Assembly: GCA_031375485.1 (NCBI GenBank)
Contig: JANMHX010000287.1
Location: forward strand, 10,644-74,643
Length of the DNA: 64,000 nucleotides
Reading direction: 5' to 3'
Origin: Gemmatimonadota bacterium
GTDB lineage: Bacteria > Gemmatimonadota > Gemmatimonadetes > Gemmatimonadales > GWC2-71-9
The notes below the pieces were generated by a model. The model had not been told where the DNA came from. It ran no database searches and saw only the letters and a program-made list of their open reading frames with translations. Shown piece by piece: positions 48,470 to 57,464 of the stretch. A program made the position numbers and the translations under genes. Each line of letters begins with the position of its first letter. The first letter of the stretch is position 1.

Positions 48470-49650
48470 TCGGATGGCATCAGCTCCCGGTTTGGTCGCC
48501 GATTAGCCTGCGGTCGCTGGCCGGTGCGCTGCCAGCCGCAACCCGCGGTTCGGGTCATCGCAAGCTCCGCGAATTGCTCTCGGCAACGTACCCGCGGTCC
48601 GAGTTCGTTCTGGCTGACAGCGGGACCAGCGCCTTGGCGATTGCAATGCTGGTGTCTGCCCCGCCTGGGCGGACACCGCGGATTGCTCTCCCGGCCTACG
48701 GTTGCTTCGATCTGGTGACTGCGGCCGATATCGCGGGGGCCGAAGTGGTATTCTACGATCTCGACCCCGCCACCCTCGCTCCACGATCGATCGACCAGGC
48801 ACTGGCCAGCGGGGTCGATGCGGTGGTCGTGGCGCACTGGTTCGGGCTGCCGGTCGATCTGCTTCCAATTCAGCGAGCGGCTCAGGCCGTTGGCGTCCTG
48901 CTGATTGAGGATGCCGCCCAGGGTCTCGGGGTTCGGGTGGGCCCCCAACCGGCGGGGGCCACCGGAGATTTTGGGATTCTCAGCTTCGGACGGGGAAAAG
49001 GCCGGACCGGAGGCCGGGGCGGGGCGCTGGTGATGCGTCCCGGTGCCTCGAGGCGACCCCTCCCGCCATTTGGCGCTCCCAAGTCCGGCTGGAAGACCGC
49101 CGCTCAGCTAGCCACCCAATGGCTCCTCGGTCGGCCCGAGACCTACTGGGTGCCGGCGTCGATCCCCGGTCTCGGGCTCGGAGTCACCCATTACCATCGC
49201 CCCCACCCAGTGGGGTCGCTAGAGGGTTTCGCCGCCGGGGCGGTGGCTGCCATTTGGGATCGGTCGGACCAGGAGACCGCCGTCCGCCAACGACAAGCCG
49301 AGTCCTGGCGGCGACTGATTGCCGAACTCGGGGTGGGGGAATCGTTCACCCCAGAGCCTGGAACCACGGCCGGGTGGCTCCGGTTTCCGGTTCGTCTCGA
49401 TCCGGCGAGCCGGTCGCGGGTCGGGGCCGCGCGTGAATTCGGAGTGATGCCTGGGTATCCCCGGTTGCTACCCGAGCTTGAGCCCCATCGGGCGGTCTTC
49501 CTACCGCCGAATAACGACTACCCGGGCGCTCGCGAACTGGTCCAGAGCTTGGCGACATTCCCGACCCATAGTTTGGTCAAAAAACGAGACTGGGATGGTT
49601 GTGTCAGGGCATTTTTCCGCCCCGGGGTCAATGCCTCGGGCGGGGCATGA
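48466..49650 (+). CDS. DegT/DnrJ/EryC1/StrS-family aminotransferase
   Basis: ADSGTSALAIAML and LIEDAAQGLG motifs, and ILSFGRGKGRTGGRGGAL with the Lys in the expected position. ATGA overlap with the upstream gene. Confidence 0.7.
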   Translation: MIGWHQLPVWSPISLRSLAGALPAATRGSGHRKLRELLSATYPRSEFVLADSGTSALAIAMLVSAPPGRTPRIALPAYGCFDLVTAADIAGAEVVFYDLDPATLAPRSIDQALASGVDAVVVAHWFGLPVDLLPIQRAAQAVGVLLIEDAAQGLGVRVGPQPAGATGDFGILSFGRGKGRTGGRGGALVMRPGASRRPLPPFGAPKSGWKTAAQLATQWLLGRPETYWVPASIPGLGLGVTHYHRPHPVGSLEGFAAGAVAAIWDRSDQETAVRQRQAESWRRLIAELGVGESFTPEPGTTAGWLRFPVRLDPASRSRVGAAREFGVMPGYPRLLPELEPHRAVFLPPNNDYPGARELVQSLATFPTHSLVKKRDWDGCVRAFFRPGVNASGGA

Positions 49651-49689
49651 TTCCTGCAGCCTTTGTCGGTCGGTTGATAAGGGGTTAAC

Positions 49690-52059
49690 ATGTTGTCCAA
49701 CATGACTTTAGGTCCTTGGAGTTTCGTGGGCCGGCGCTTGGCATTGGCGGCCGGGGTCGGGGCCCTTTTTGGCTGCGCCGCCGATCCCACCCCGGCGCCA
49801 TCGACGGTTTCTCGGATTGTAGTCAGCTCGGTCCCAGCTACGGCCAGGAACGGCGAGCCGCTGGCCCCCGCGCCTGTCGTTCAGCTCGCGGATGGGTCGG
49901 GCGCTGCCGTTGCCAAACGGGGTGTGACGGTCACGGTGGTGCTTGAAGGCTCCGGTCGGGTTGATGGCGTGGTCGAGGCCCGGACCGACGATGACGGGAA
50001 GGCCCGGTTCCCGAACTTGGCCATCTCCGGACCGGTTGGGTCGTACCGCTTGGTGTTTGCGACTCAGGGGCTGTCGGCCGTGGCTACCGATCCGGTCCAA
50101 CTGACCCCGGGACGCCCGGTCGCGATGATTGCGGTCCGGGGCCTCAACGCGACCGGCGAAGTGAGCCAGCCGGTCGCTGAATCGCCGGTCGTTAGGCTCG
50201 ACGACGGGTCAGGCAATCCGGTTCCGGATGTGGAGGTCAGCTTTCAGGTGGTCGCCGGCGGTGGATCGCTGGCCGGCGCAACGGCCCGGACTCGCTCGGA
50301 TGGAACGGCCGCCGCCGGAGAGTGGATGCTCGGGCCGACCCCCGGCCTCAACAAACTGTCCGTTTCAGCCTCAGCCATAGCTTCTCCGCTTGAGTTTACG
50401 GCGACCGCGGTCCTCGGACCCCCGGCGGCGCTCGTGGTAATCAATTCGGCCGTTCCAAGCCAAGTCGCCGGGACTTCGATCGACACCACCGTTCGAATCA
50501 AGGTGACGGACCGGGCCAACAACCCGATCGCGGGCGTCCGGGTTGCCTTCAGTGTCACGGGAGGGGGCGGGACGGTCACCGGCGGCAATCCCCTCACGAA
50601 CGCGGACGGCATTGCCCTCCTCCAGAAGTGGAACCTTGGTCCGGAACCAGGCGAGAACACGCTGGCGGCTACGGTCACCGGCCTAACGGCAACGACGATC
50701 CGGGCGACGGCCACGCCGGTGCCCGTTGAGATCCTGGCCGGGCAAGCTCAAGTCGCGTTCGTGGGAGATCCGCTCGCCGATTCCTTGGTTGTCAGGGTGG
50801 TCAACGGCGCAGGCGTGCCCAAGGCGGGCGTCACGGTCACGTTTCAGGTGACCGCTGGTGGGGGCCAAGTCTCGCCGGCCTCCGCCGTCACCGATAGCAC
50901 GGGGCGGGCGGCCACGGAGTGGGTGCTCGGCTCCGGCGGGGGCCCGCACACGATCAGAATGTCCGCCGTGGGAGCCGCACCCACGGAAGCCACGGCCACC
51001 GGGGAGCGCTTCGTTCAGATCTCCGCCGGGTTTCGGCACGCCTGCGGGCTGTCGGAATCCGGGCAAGCATACTGTTGGGGGGACAACGGTTACAAGCAAC
51101 TGGGCGGCAAGATTAAGCAGTTCGGGCAGTATCGCAACCCGGTGAAGGTCAACACCGGAGTCAATTTCGTTTGGGTGGCGGCCTCAGCCGGTGGGAACTT
51201 CAGTTGCGGGCTCGCCGCTGACAGTACCGGTTATTGCTGGGGCAGTAATAACCATGGGCAGCGCGCCGATGGGCAGGCACCGAACTTCCAAAGCGCGAAC
51301 CCGTATCCGACCCCGCTCGTTGGCGGACTTAGGTGGAAAGTGCTCACGGTCGGGGGAGATCATGCGTGCGGAATCTCCGTCACCGGCGAAGGGTATTGCT
51401 GGGGCTCCAATACCGGATCGCTTGGCGACGGCACGACGCTCGACCGAGCCGCGCCGACCTTGGTGGTGGGCGGGCTGCTTTGGAAGACTATCGAGGCGGG
51501 CCAGGCCCACACCTGCGCGGTCTCGACCGCCGACGAACTCTATTGCTGGGGTTTGCGGAACGCCTTTCAGGCCGGGCCGAACGACTACCTATTGAGCCCA
51601 ACCCAGATCGTGACACCAGAAGTCTTCGTGGCGGTGACGGCTGGGTGGTACCATACCTGCGGCCGGACCGCCGCGGGGGCCGCCTACTGTTGGGGTCGAA
51701 ACGACGCCGGGCAACTCGGAACCGGGGCCAACAGTTCGGTGCCGCTTTTGGTCAGCGGCGGCCAAGTCTGGGCGGAGGTAGTCGGCCGGGGGAATACCAC
51801 CTGCGGCCGCACCACGGCGGGAGCCACGTACTGTTGGGGTGAGAATTCGGCTGGCGAGGTCGGCGACGGCTCGCTGGTTGACCAGCCCACCCCCGTCTTG
51901 GCCGCAGGAGGTCTCGTTTCAACTCAAGTGGGGGCAGGGGGGGCGTTCAGCTGCGCGATCGTCGGGGCCCGACCGCTCTGTTGGGGACAGAACAACTACG
52001 CCCAGATCGGGGACGGGACGACGACCAACCGGGCCGTTCCCACTCGGGTCAGGTTTTGA
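49690..52059 (+). CDS. lipoprotein with about four Ig-like (Big_1-type) domains and a seven-blade RCC1-repeat beta-propeller
   Basis: Lipobox ALFGC. There are four repeats of the type V.V.D..GNPV.GV.V.F.V..GGG. There are seven C(G/A)...G..YCWG.N..GQ.G.G repeats, for example HACGLSESGQAYCWGDNGYKQLG. Confidence 0.75.
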   Translation: MLSNMTLGPWSFVGRRLALAAGVGALFGCAADPTPAPSTVSRIVVSSVPATARNGEPLAPAPVVQLADGSGAAVAKRGVTVTVVLEGSGRVDGVVEARTDDDGKARFPNLAISGPVGSYRLVFATQGLSAVATDPVQLTPGRPVAMIAVRGLNATGEVSQPVAESPVVRLDDGSGNPVPDVEVSFQVVAGGGSLAGATARTRSDGTAAAGEWMLGPTPGLNKLSVSASAIASPLEFTATAVLGPPAALVVINSAVPSQVAGTSIDTTVRIKVTDRANNPIAGVRVAFSVTGGGGTVTGGNPLTNADGIALLQKWNLGPEPGENTLAATVTGLTATTIRATATPVPVEILAGQAQVAFVGDPLADSLVVRVVNGAGVPKAGVTVTFQVTAGGGQVSPASAVTDSTGRAATEWVLGSGGGPHTIRMSAVGAAPTEATATGERFVQISAGFRHACGLSESGQAYCWGDNGYKQLGGKIKQFGQYRNPVKVNTGVNFVWVAASAGGNFSCGLAADSTGYCWGSNNHGQRADGQAPNFQSANPYPTPLVGGLRWKVLTVGGDHACGISVTGEGYCWGSNTGSLGDGTTLDRAAPTLVVGGLLWKTIEAGQAHTCAVSTADELYCWGLRNAFQAGPNDYLLSPTQIVTPEVFVAVTAGWYHTCGRTAAGAAYCWGRNDAGQLGTGANSSVPLLVSGGQVWAEVVGRGNTTCGRTTAGATYCWGENSAGEVGDGSLVDQPTPVLAAGGLVSTQVGAGGAFSCAIVGARPLCWGQNNYAQIGDGTTTNRAVPTRVRF

Positions 52060-53630
52060 ACGAAACCCGTGGTCGGACATTTCGGGGCTGGCCGCTCGGC
52101 CTCGTTGTGGCCGGGGGGATCGTGGTGGCCGGCTGGCTCCGGCTTCGCCTCGCACTGAATCGGGAGCTCTGGCTCGACGAATCGCATTCAGCGTTGCTGG
52201 CCCGGATGCCGCTAGGCGACCTTCTGCAGTACGTTCGCGGCGATGTCCATCCCCCAGGGTACTTTCTTGCCTTGAACCTCTGGGCCCGAGCCTTCGGCGA
52301 TAGCGAGGGGGCCCTTCGATCTTTCTCGATGATTGCGGTCGCATTGGCGACGCTCGGCATCTTCAGAGTGGCCCGAAACGCCTTTGGGCCATGGTACGCC
52401 GCGCTGGCCTCCCTCCTCTTCGGGCTGTCGCCCGTCCTGGTGTTCTACGGGACCGAGGTTCGGATGTACGCCCTCACCATTCTTTGGGCCGTCCTTACGC
52501 TGGTTGCCTACCAGAAGCTGCTGGCTGATCCCGCCTCGACGCGGGGCCGGGCGGTAAGCATGGGGCTCTTGGGAGCGCTCACCTTCCTGACTCACTATAT
52601 CGGGCTCTTCTTCCTGGGTGGTCTGTACCTGCACTGGGCGTATCAGGTATTGCGTCGCCGGCTCGATGCGCGCCGTCTGTTGCTGGCGGGTGCCGTCACC
52701 ACGATCCTTGCGGCACCCTGGGCGCCGGTCCTGATCGAGCAGCGGACCCGGAAGGAGAATCTGCGGGTAGCGGAACAGGCTGCGCACGCCGACCCGACCG
52801 CCCTCAGCTTTGGGGTCGAAGCCAACCCCGACCGACCCGTGCTCGCCAATCTTCGGGCGCTGGTCGAAAATGGGGCCAGCATCCTTGGTGTCTATCCCGC
52901 CGACCACCGGCTCGTCCTGGCGGTCCTGGCCGTTCCGTTCGTCATCGTGGTCGGGCTCCTCGTGGCCTCTGCCCTCGGCGGCGGAATCTGGTCCGGACTC
53001 GCCTTGATCGGGGTAGCGACCACGACGGCCGCCGGCCTTGGCCTGGGCTTTACCGCTCGCCGCTTCCTCCTCTTGGTGCTGCCGCTCGTCGTGCTTGGGG
53101 CGGTCGAAGGCCTCGTCTGGCTCCGCGATCGCGGCCGCCCTCGGTTGGCTGGAGCCCTCGCGGCGGCCGTTGTGGGCTTAACCGCGGGTGGCGCGGTTCA
53201 CACCGCAATGGCATCACCGGAGCGGCCGGTGGCGGCGATGGTGCGCCATCTCGCATCGGACTATCGACCGGATGACCTGATCGTCTTCAATGCGCTGTAC
53301 TCCGCAGTGCCCTTCGACTACCAAGCCCGTCAGTTGGGCTTCCGCTATCGGGGCCGAGGGTTCCCGGTGGATGCCGTGGACTGGTGGCAGGCGCAGCCCT
53401 TCAAAGGCTGGGGCGGGCCCGTCATTCACCGCAGCGATCTGGCTCGGTTTGTCTCGGAGTCAGCGGGTGTCCCGGGGCGGACGGTGTGGCTAATTCTGTT
53501 TGAAACGAAATACTACGATCCGGGGGATGAGTTGTTAGGCGGACTCCAGCGAGTGGCGCTCAAGACCGAGCAAACCGCCCTTCCCGAAACAGCGTCGAGC
53601 GGGTACCGGTTGTTCCGCTTCCAGTTCTGA
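52056..53630 (+). CDS. glycosyltransferase family 39 (ArnT/PMT-like) membrane protein
   Basis: LWLDESHSALLARMP...DVHPPGYFLALNLW motif, with multiple TM helices. The TTG at 52056 overlaps the upstream stop (TTGA). An alternative ATG at 51981 would overlap the upstream gene by 79 nt. Confidence 0.7.
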   Translation: MNETRGRTFRGWPLGLVVAGGIVVAGWLRLRLALNRELWLDESHSALLARMPLGDLLQYVRGDVHPPGYFLALNLWARAFGDSEGALRSFSMIAVALATLGIFRVARNAFGPWYAALASLLFGLSPVLVFYGTEVRMYALTILWAVLTLVAYQKLLADPASTRGRAVSMGLLGALTFLTHYIGLFFLGGLYLHWAYQVLRRRLDARRLLLAGAVTTILAAPWAPVLIEQRTRKENLRVAEQAAHADPTALSFGVEANPDRPVLANLRALVENGASILGVYPADHRLVLAVLAVPFVIVVGLLVASALGGGIWSGLALIGVATTTAAGLGLGFTARRFLLLVLPLVVLGAVEGLVWLRDRGRPRLAGALAAAVVGLTAGGAVHTAMASPERPVAAMVRHLASDYRPDDLIVFNALYSAVPFDYQARQLGFRYRGRGFPVDAVDWWQAQPFKGWGGPVIHRSDLARFVSESAGVPGRTVWLILFETKYYDPGDELLGGLQRVALKTEQTALPETASSGYRLFRFQF

Positions 53631-53634
53631 AGGA

Positions 53635-55113
53635 TCAGGTCGGCCGGGGAACAGCGCCACTGTGGGGTACGTGGTGGGCTCCGGCGAAGGGCAACCGTTG
53701 GGTGGGCCTGGGCTTCTGGTACTGCGATGGGGCTCGGGCCTCGATGGCCCTCACCTTGACCAGCCCGGCGATCAAGCCGAGGATCGAGTAGAGGAACGTG
53801 GAGTAGGCCTGCGATACGAAGAATCCGGCGATACAATACCCGACCAATGATCCGGCCAGCGCGCGGCCGAGCGCCTGTTCGTCCCGACCCATCGGCGGGC
53901 GGTCGGCCGGAGGCCGCCAGGAACAGGCTTGGAACGACCACACCAAGAGCACGAGAAATAGGCCGAGCCCGATGAGGCCGCCCTCCGACCCCATTTGAAT
54001 GAAACTGTTGTGACTCGCATTCTGAACCCAGCCGCGACCCTCCGCGGCTCGGGCGCGGTTCAAATCGGATTGGCCTTCGGCCACCCCGAAATTGTCGAAA
54101 CCAACCCCCGCGATCGGATATCTCAGCATGTACCCGAGTCCGCGCTTCCAGATCTCAACCCGGCCGCCCTTTTCCGTCATATTGTAGTCTTCGGAGGGGT
54201 TGGCAATCGTCGACATCATCTCCCAATATCGGTCGGTCCCGGCGGCAGCGATCGTAATCAGGCCGATGGCGACTGCGGCGGCTCGTACTCGGACCGGAAT
54301 CCCCTTGAACCAAAACAACAAGTAGCCGCTGACCCCAATCAATCCTAGAAAGGCTCCCCGCGATCCAGTCCGGACCAACTGAACGACAAACACCACGACG
54401 GCAAGGCCGACCAAGAGCCGGATCAGCGGCTTGGCGTTCGTCCGAAGGAAATACACCGCGAGCGGTAAAGTGCAGACGAGCATAAACCCGAAGTCATTCG
54501 CGTCGTACACGGTCAAGTGCGATAGACGACCGTCGGCCCCGACGGCGGTCTTCAGAGCGTTGACGCTGTAGATCGCGGCCCCGACCACATGTAGAAACAT
54601 CAACCGTTCCAGATCGGCCCGTGATCGGATGCTCGCGACTGTGAGTAGGAAATAGAGGACGAGGCTCAAGTAGTCGACTCGAAGGAATTCCAACGCCTTC
54701 CCGGGGTAGGCGCCGAGCGGCACCCCGAGCGCCCCGATCACCAAGATCCCGAGCACCAAGCGAGTTGCCTTCAATCCCTCGATCGCTTGCCATCGGTGAA
54801 GTCGATTCTGGCTGAACAGCCAGGCGGCAATTCCAAGGCCGAGTGTGACAATCCCCAGGCGGAGAAACGAAACCTGCTTCAAGAAGATCAAATTGAAGCG
54901 CCACACGCTGACGAATCCAACCAAGCCGACGGCCAAGCAGAGCATGTCGGCACGCGATGGGCTCCGGACCCTGGCCTTCGCGGCCCCGGTCCGGACAGCG
55001 CTGCGGGGCGGTGCAGCGGTCAACCGAGCGATCTCCCCGGCATCGATGAAGTGGGCCATTGACTTGTGAGTGGCGCAGTTGTCATGCCGCAACCTCGCTG
55101 TCTTGGTGCTCAT
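53635..55113 (-). CDS. O-antigen ligase (Wzy_C)-like membrane protein
   Basis: GSRGAFLGL, IWKRGLGYMLRYPIAGVGFDNF and SHNSFIQMGSEGGLIGL motifs. The start is uncertain because of internal Met codons. Confidence 0.75.
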   Translation of the reverse strand: MSTKTARLRHDNCATHKSMAHFIDAGEIARLTAAPPRSAVRTGAAKARVRSPSRADMLCLAVGLVGFVSVWRFNLIFLKQVSFLRLGIVTLGLGIAAWLFSQNRLHRWQAIEGLKATRLVLGILVIGALGVPLGAYPGKALEFLRVDYLSLVLYFLLTVASIRSRADLERLMFLHVVGAAIYSVNALKTAVGADGRLSHLTVYDANDFGFMLVCTLPLAVYFLRTNAKPLIRLLVGLAVVVFVVQLVRTGSRGAFLGLIGVSGYLLFWFKGIPVRVRAAAVAIGLITIAAAGTDRYWEMMSTIANPSEDYNMTEKGGRVEIWKRGLGYMLRYPIAGVGFDNFGVAEGQSDLNRARAAEGRGWVQNASHNSFIQMGSEGGLIGLGLFLVLLVWSFQACSWRPPADRPPMGRDEQALGRALAGSLVGYCIAGFFVSQAYSTFLYSILGLIAGLVKVRAIEARAPSQYQKPRPTQRLPFAGAHHVPHSGAVPRPT

Positions 55114-55158
55114 TTCGAATCTAGATGTTGTGTTCGTGCAACATGTGTGTCGATACTA

Positions 55159-56379
55159 CTACACTTGAATGGCTTCCCTGTAGGCGAGGTCGAGGGCGCC
55201 GCCGATTTTGGTCCAGGAATAGTGCCGTTCGACGAAAGCCCGACCGGCGGCTGCCAATCTGCCGGCGAACGGTCGGTCAGTTTCCAGGCGACGAACCTGA
55301 CCGACGAACTCCGCCGGGGTTTCGGCCCGAAGATAGTGGACATCCTCGACCAACTCGAGCCCCTCGACAGATAGGCCGGTTGCCACAAGGGGTTTTCGCA
55401 TCGCCAAAGCGTCTAGGATCTTAAGCCGGGTTCCACCCCCGTCCCGGATTGGGCAAATATAGGTCGCGGCCTCGTCGAGCCAGGGTCGGACGTCATCAAC
55501 GAAGCCCGGGGCTCTGAGTCTTGAATCGCTGGTCGCCCGAACCAAGGAGGGCGGGGGATTCCGCCCGACGATCGCGGCCGTTCGGTCCGGGTCGTCGGCG
55601 ACAAGGGTCGGCCAGATCTGGCTGACAAAGAACTCGATCGCGTCGGCGTTGGGGTACCTGTTCATGCCCCCGGCGAAGACCAGGCTTTTCGGGCGCACGG
55701 CGATCGCAGGGTTGGACTCGAAGTACTCGGTGTCGACTCCATTCGCGACGACCCGTGTCCGGGCCGTCGGGCTCACGCGTTCCACCCGCTGGGCGTCGAG
55801 CTCGGAAACAACCAGGTTGGCTGCGACCGCACTGCAGGTTTGGCGCTCCAACCGGCCCAACTTTCGCTCCTCGCGGGCGAAGTAGTGCCGCTTAAGCCGG
55901 TGGGGCTCTCGTTCGGCGCGGCGTCCCATCATCGCTGACTCGACATTATGATGGTTGAGTACGATGGGGACGCCGGGGAGGGCCGCAGTGAACGGCATCA
56001 GCCCCACGGTATCAACATGGACGACGTCGATGCGGTTCCGTCTGGCCAGATCCGCGATGTACCGGAACATTGGGCGGCTCCGGAGCGAGTTGACGTCGAA
56101 CGGCTGGGGATGGAAGTACGAGGCGCCGGCGGTGATCATCCAGCGAAGCCGGGAGTGGTCGGAGGGGTTTGGGAAGGCGACGACGTCCGTCGCGATCAAC
56201 CGCAGGGCCTCCACGGCCTGATCGACGGCCGCCCTGGTCGGGTGCTTCGCCCGTTGGATCAGGGAAACCAGCGAGACTCGATGGCGGCGGGACGCCTCTC
56301 GCAGAAGCGCGAAGGACCGTTGGGACGCGCCGCCCTTTGGCGGATAAGGAAGAAAATGCGACAGCCAGAGGATATGCAT
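55159..56379 (-). CDS. glycosyltransferase family 4, PEP-CTERM/EpsH1-locus type
   Basis: MHILWLSHFLPYPPKGGASQRSF N-terminus and GGGTRLKILDALAMRKPLV motif. The start is trimmed to the ATG at 56379. Confidence 0.75.
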   Translation of the reverse strand: MHILWLSHFLPYPPKGGASQRSFALLREASRRHRVSLVSLIQRAKHPTRAAVDQAVEALRLIATDVVAFPNPSDHSRLRWMITAGASYFHPQPFDVNSLRSRPMFRYIADLARRNRIDVVHVDTVGLMPFTAALPGVPIVLNHHNVESAMMGRRAEREPHRLKRHYFAREERKLGRLERQTCSAVAANLVVSELDAQRVERVSPTARTRVVANGVDTEYFESNPAIAVRPKSLVFAGGMNRYPNADAIEFFVSQIWPTLVADDPDRTAAIVGRNPPPSLVRATSDSRLRAPGFVDDVRPWLDEAATYICPIRDGGGTRLKILDALAMRKPLVATGLSVEGLELVEDVHYLRAETPAEFVGQVRRLETDRPFAGRLAAAGRAFVERHYSWTKIGGALDLAYREAIQV

Positions 56380-56408
56380 ACGGAGGGACCACTCTTCCCA
56401 GGGTGTCA

Positions 56409-57395
56409 ATGATAAACCCGATCGAAGCGTCGGCAGATCCCGTCACGATTGGGGTCGTAGTTCCGGTTCGCAATGCGCAAGCGACCATACAAAGATGTCT
56501 TGATGCGATCTTCCAGGCTACGGGGCTCGGAACCGCCAAGGTGTCGGTGGTTGTTGTCGACAACGGGTCCACCGACCTAACAGTCGACTTCGTCCGTCGG
56601 TATGGAACGCGGCTGAGCTTGCTCCGGGACCCCGGGCGGACCGTGGGCGGACTTCGGAACCTCGGCGCGGCCGCGAGTCGGACTCAGTTGTTGGCCTTCG
56701 TTGACGCCGACTGCGTCGTGGCCCCCAACTACTTCGAAGTGGCCTGCCGATCACTGGTGGCGAACCGGGCCGCCGCGATTGGATACCCGTACGCCCTTCC
56801 GGATGCTCCCGGCTGGATTGAAACCGCCTGGGATCGCCTCCATCGGCCGGCCTCGGCCGGTCCAGCGGCCTGGCTGTACGCGGGGAACTTGGTGATCCGG
56901 CGGAAGGCGTTCGAGGCGGTCGGCGGGTTCAACGACACGATCCGGACCGGCGAAGATCCTGAACTCGGCCGCCGGCTCCGGCTCGCTGGTCTGGTTCAGT
57001 TTTCCGATCCTGCCCTCGTCGCCGTCCACCTGGGGAATCCCCAGACCCTCCGAGCGTTCTTCCGGCAGCAACGGTGGCATGGGCTCGGCGCCGTTGGAAC
57101 TGGCGGGAAGCCCTGGACCAACCGGCCCCTCATCATGACCTTCGGTCATGGCATCGCCTCGCTAATGGCTGGACTGTCTGCCACGTCCGGCTTCGGCCTT
57201 GGCTTGACCCTTTCCATGCTGGTCGGGTCCCAGTTGATCGTCCCCGCCGCCACCGTGGTCTTTCGAATCCGACAAACGCGTCGCTGGAGCAACCCGTGCT
57301 CCGGAGTGTTGCTTTACTGGCTGTACTACTGGGCGCGACTGGCTGCCCTAGGGTTGATTGCCAGCGGCAGGCTGACGCCAAAAAGCGGGCGATGA
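56409..57395 (+). CDS. glycosyltransferase family 2
   Basis: IGVVVPVRNAQATIQRCLD, VVVDNGSTD, AFVDADC and GEDPEL motifs, with C-terminal TM helices. Confidence 0.75.
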   Translation: MINPIEASADPVTIGVVVPVRNAQATIQRCLDAIFQATGLGTAKVSVVVVDNGSTDLTVDFVRRYGTRLSLLRDPGRTVGGLRNLGAAASRTQLLAFVDADCVVAPNYFEVACRSLVANRAAAIGYPYALPDAPGWIETAWDRLHRPASAGPAAWLYAGNLVIRRKAFEAVGGFNDTIRTGEDPELGRRLRLAGLVQFSDPALVAVHLGNPQTLRAFFRQQRWHGLGAVGTGGKPWTNRPLIMTFGHGIASLMAGLSATSGFGLGLTLSMLVGSQLIVPAATVVFRIRQTRRWSNPCSGVLLYWLYYWARLAALGLIASGRLTPKSGR

Positions 57396-57464
57396 TTTTC
57401 GGCGAGGGGGCCGTGCGCCCCGTTCACTTGTGCTGGGTACGAAGCGCCGGGACCTGATGGCCAA

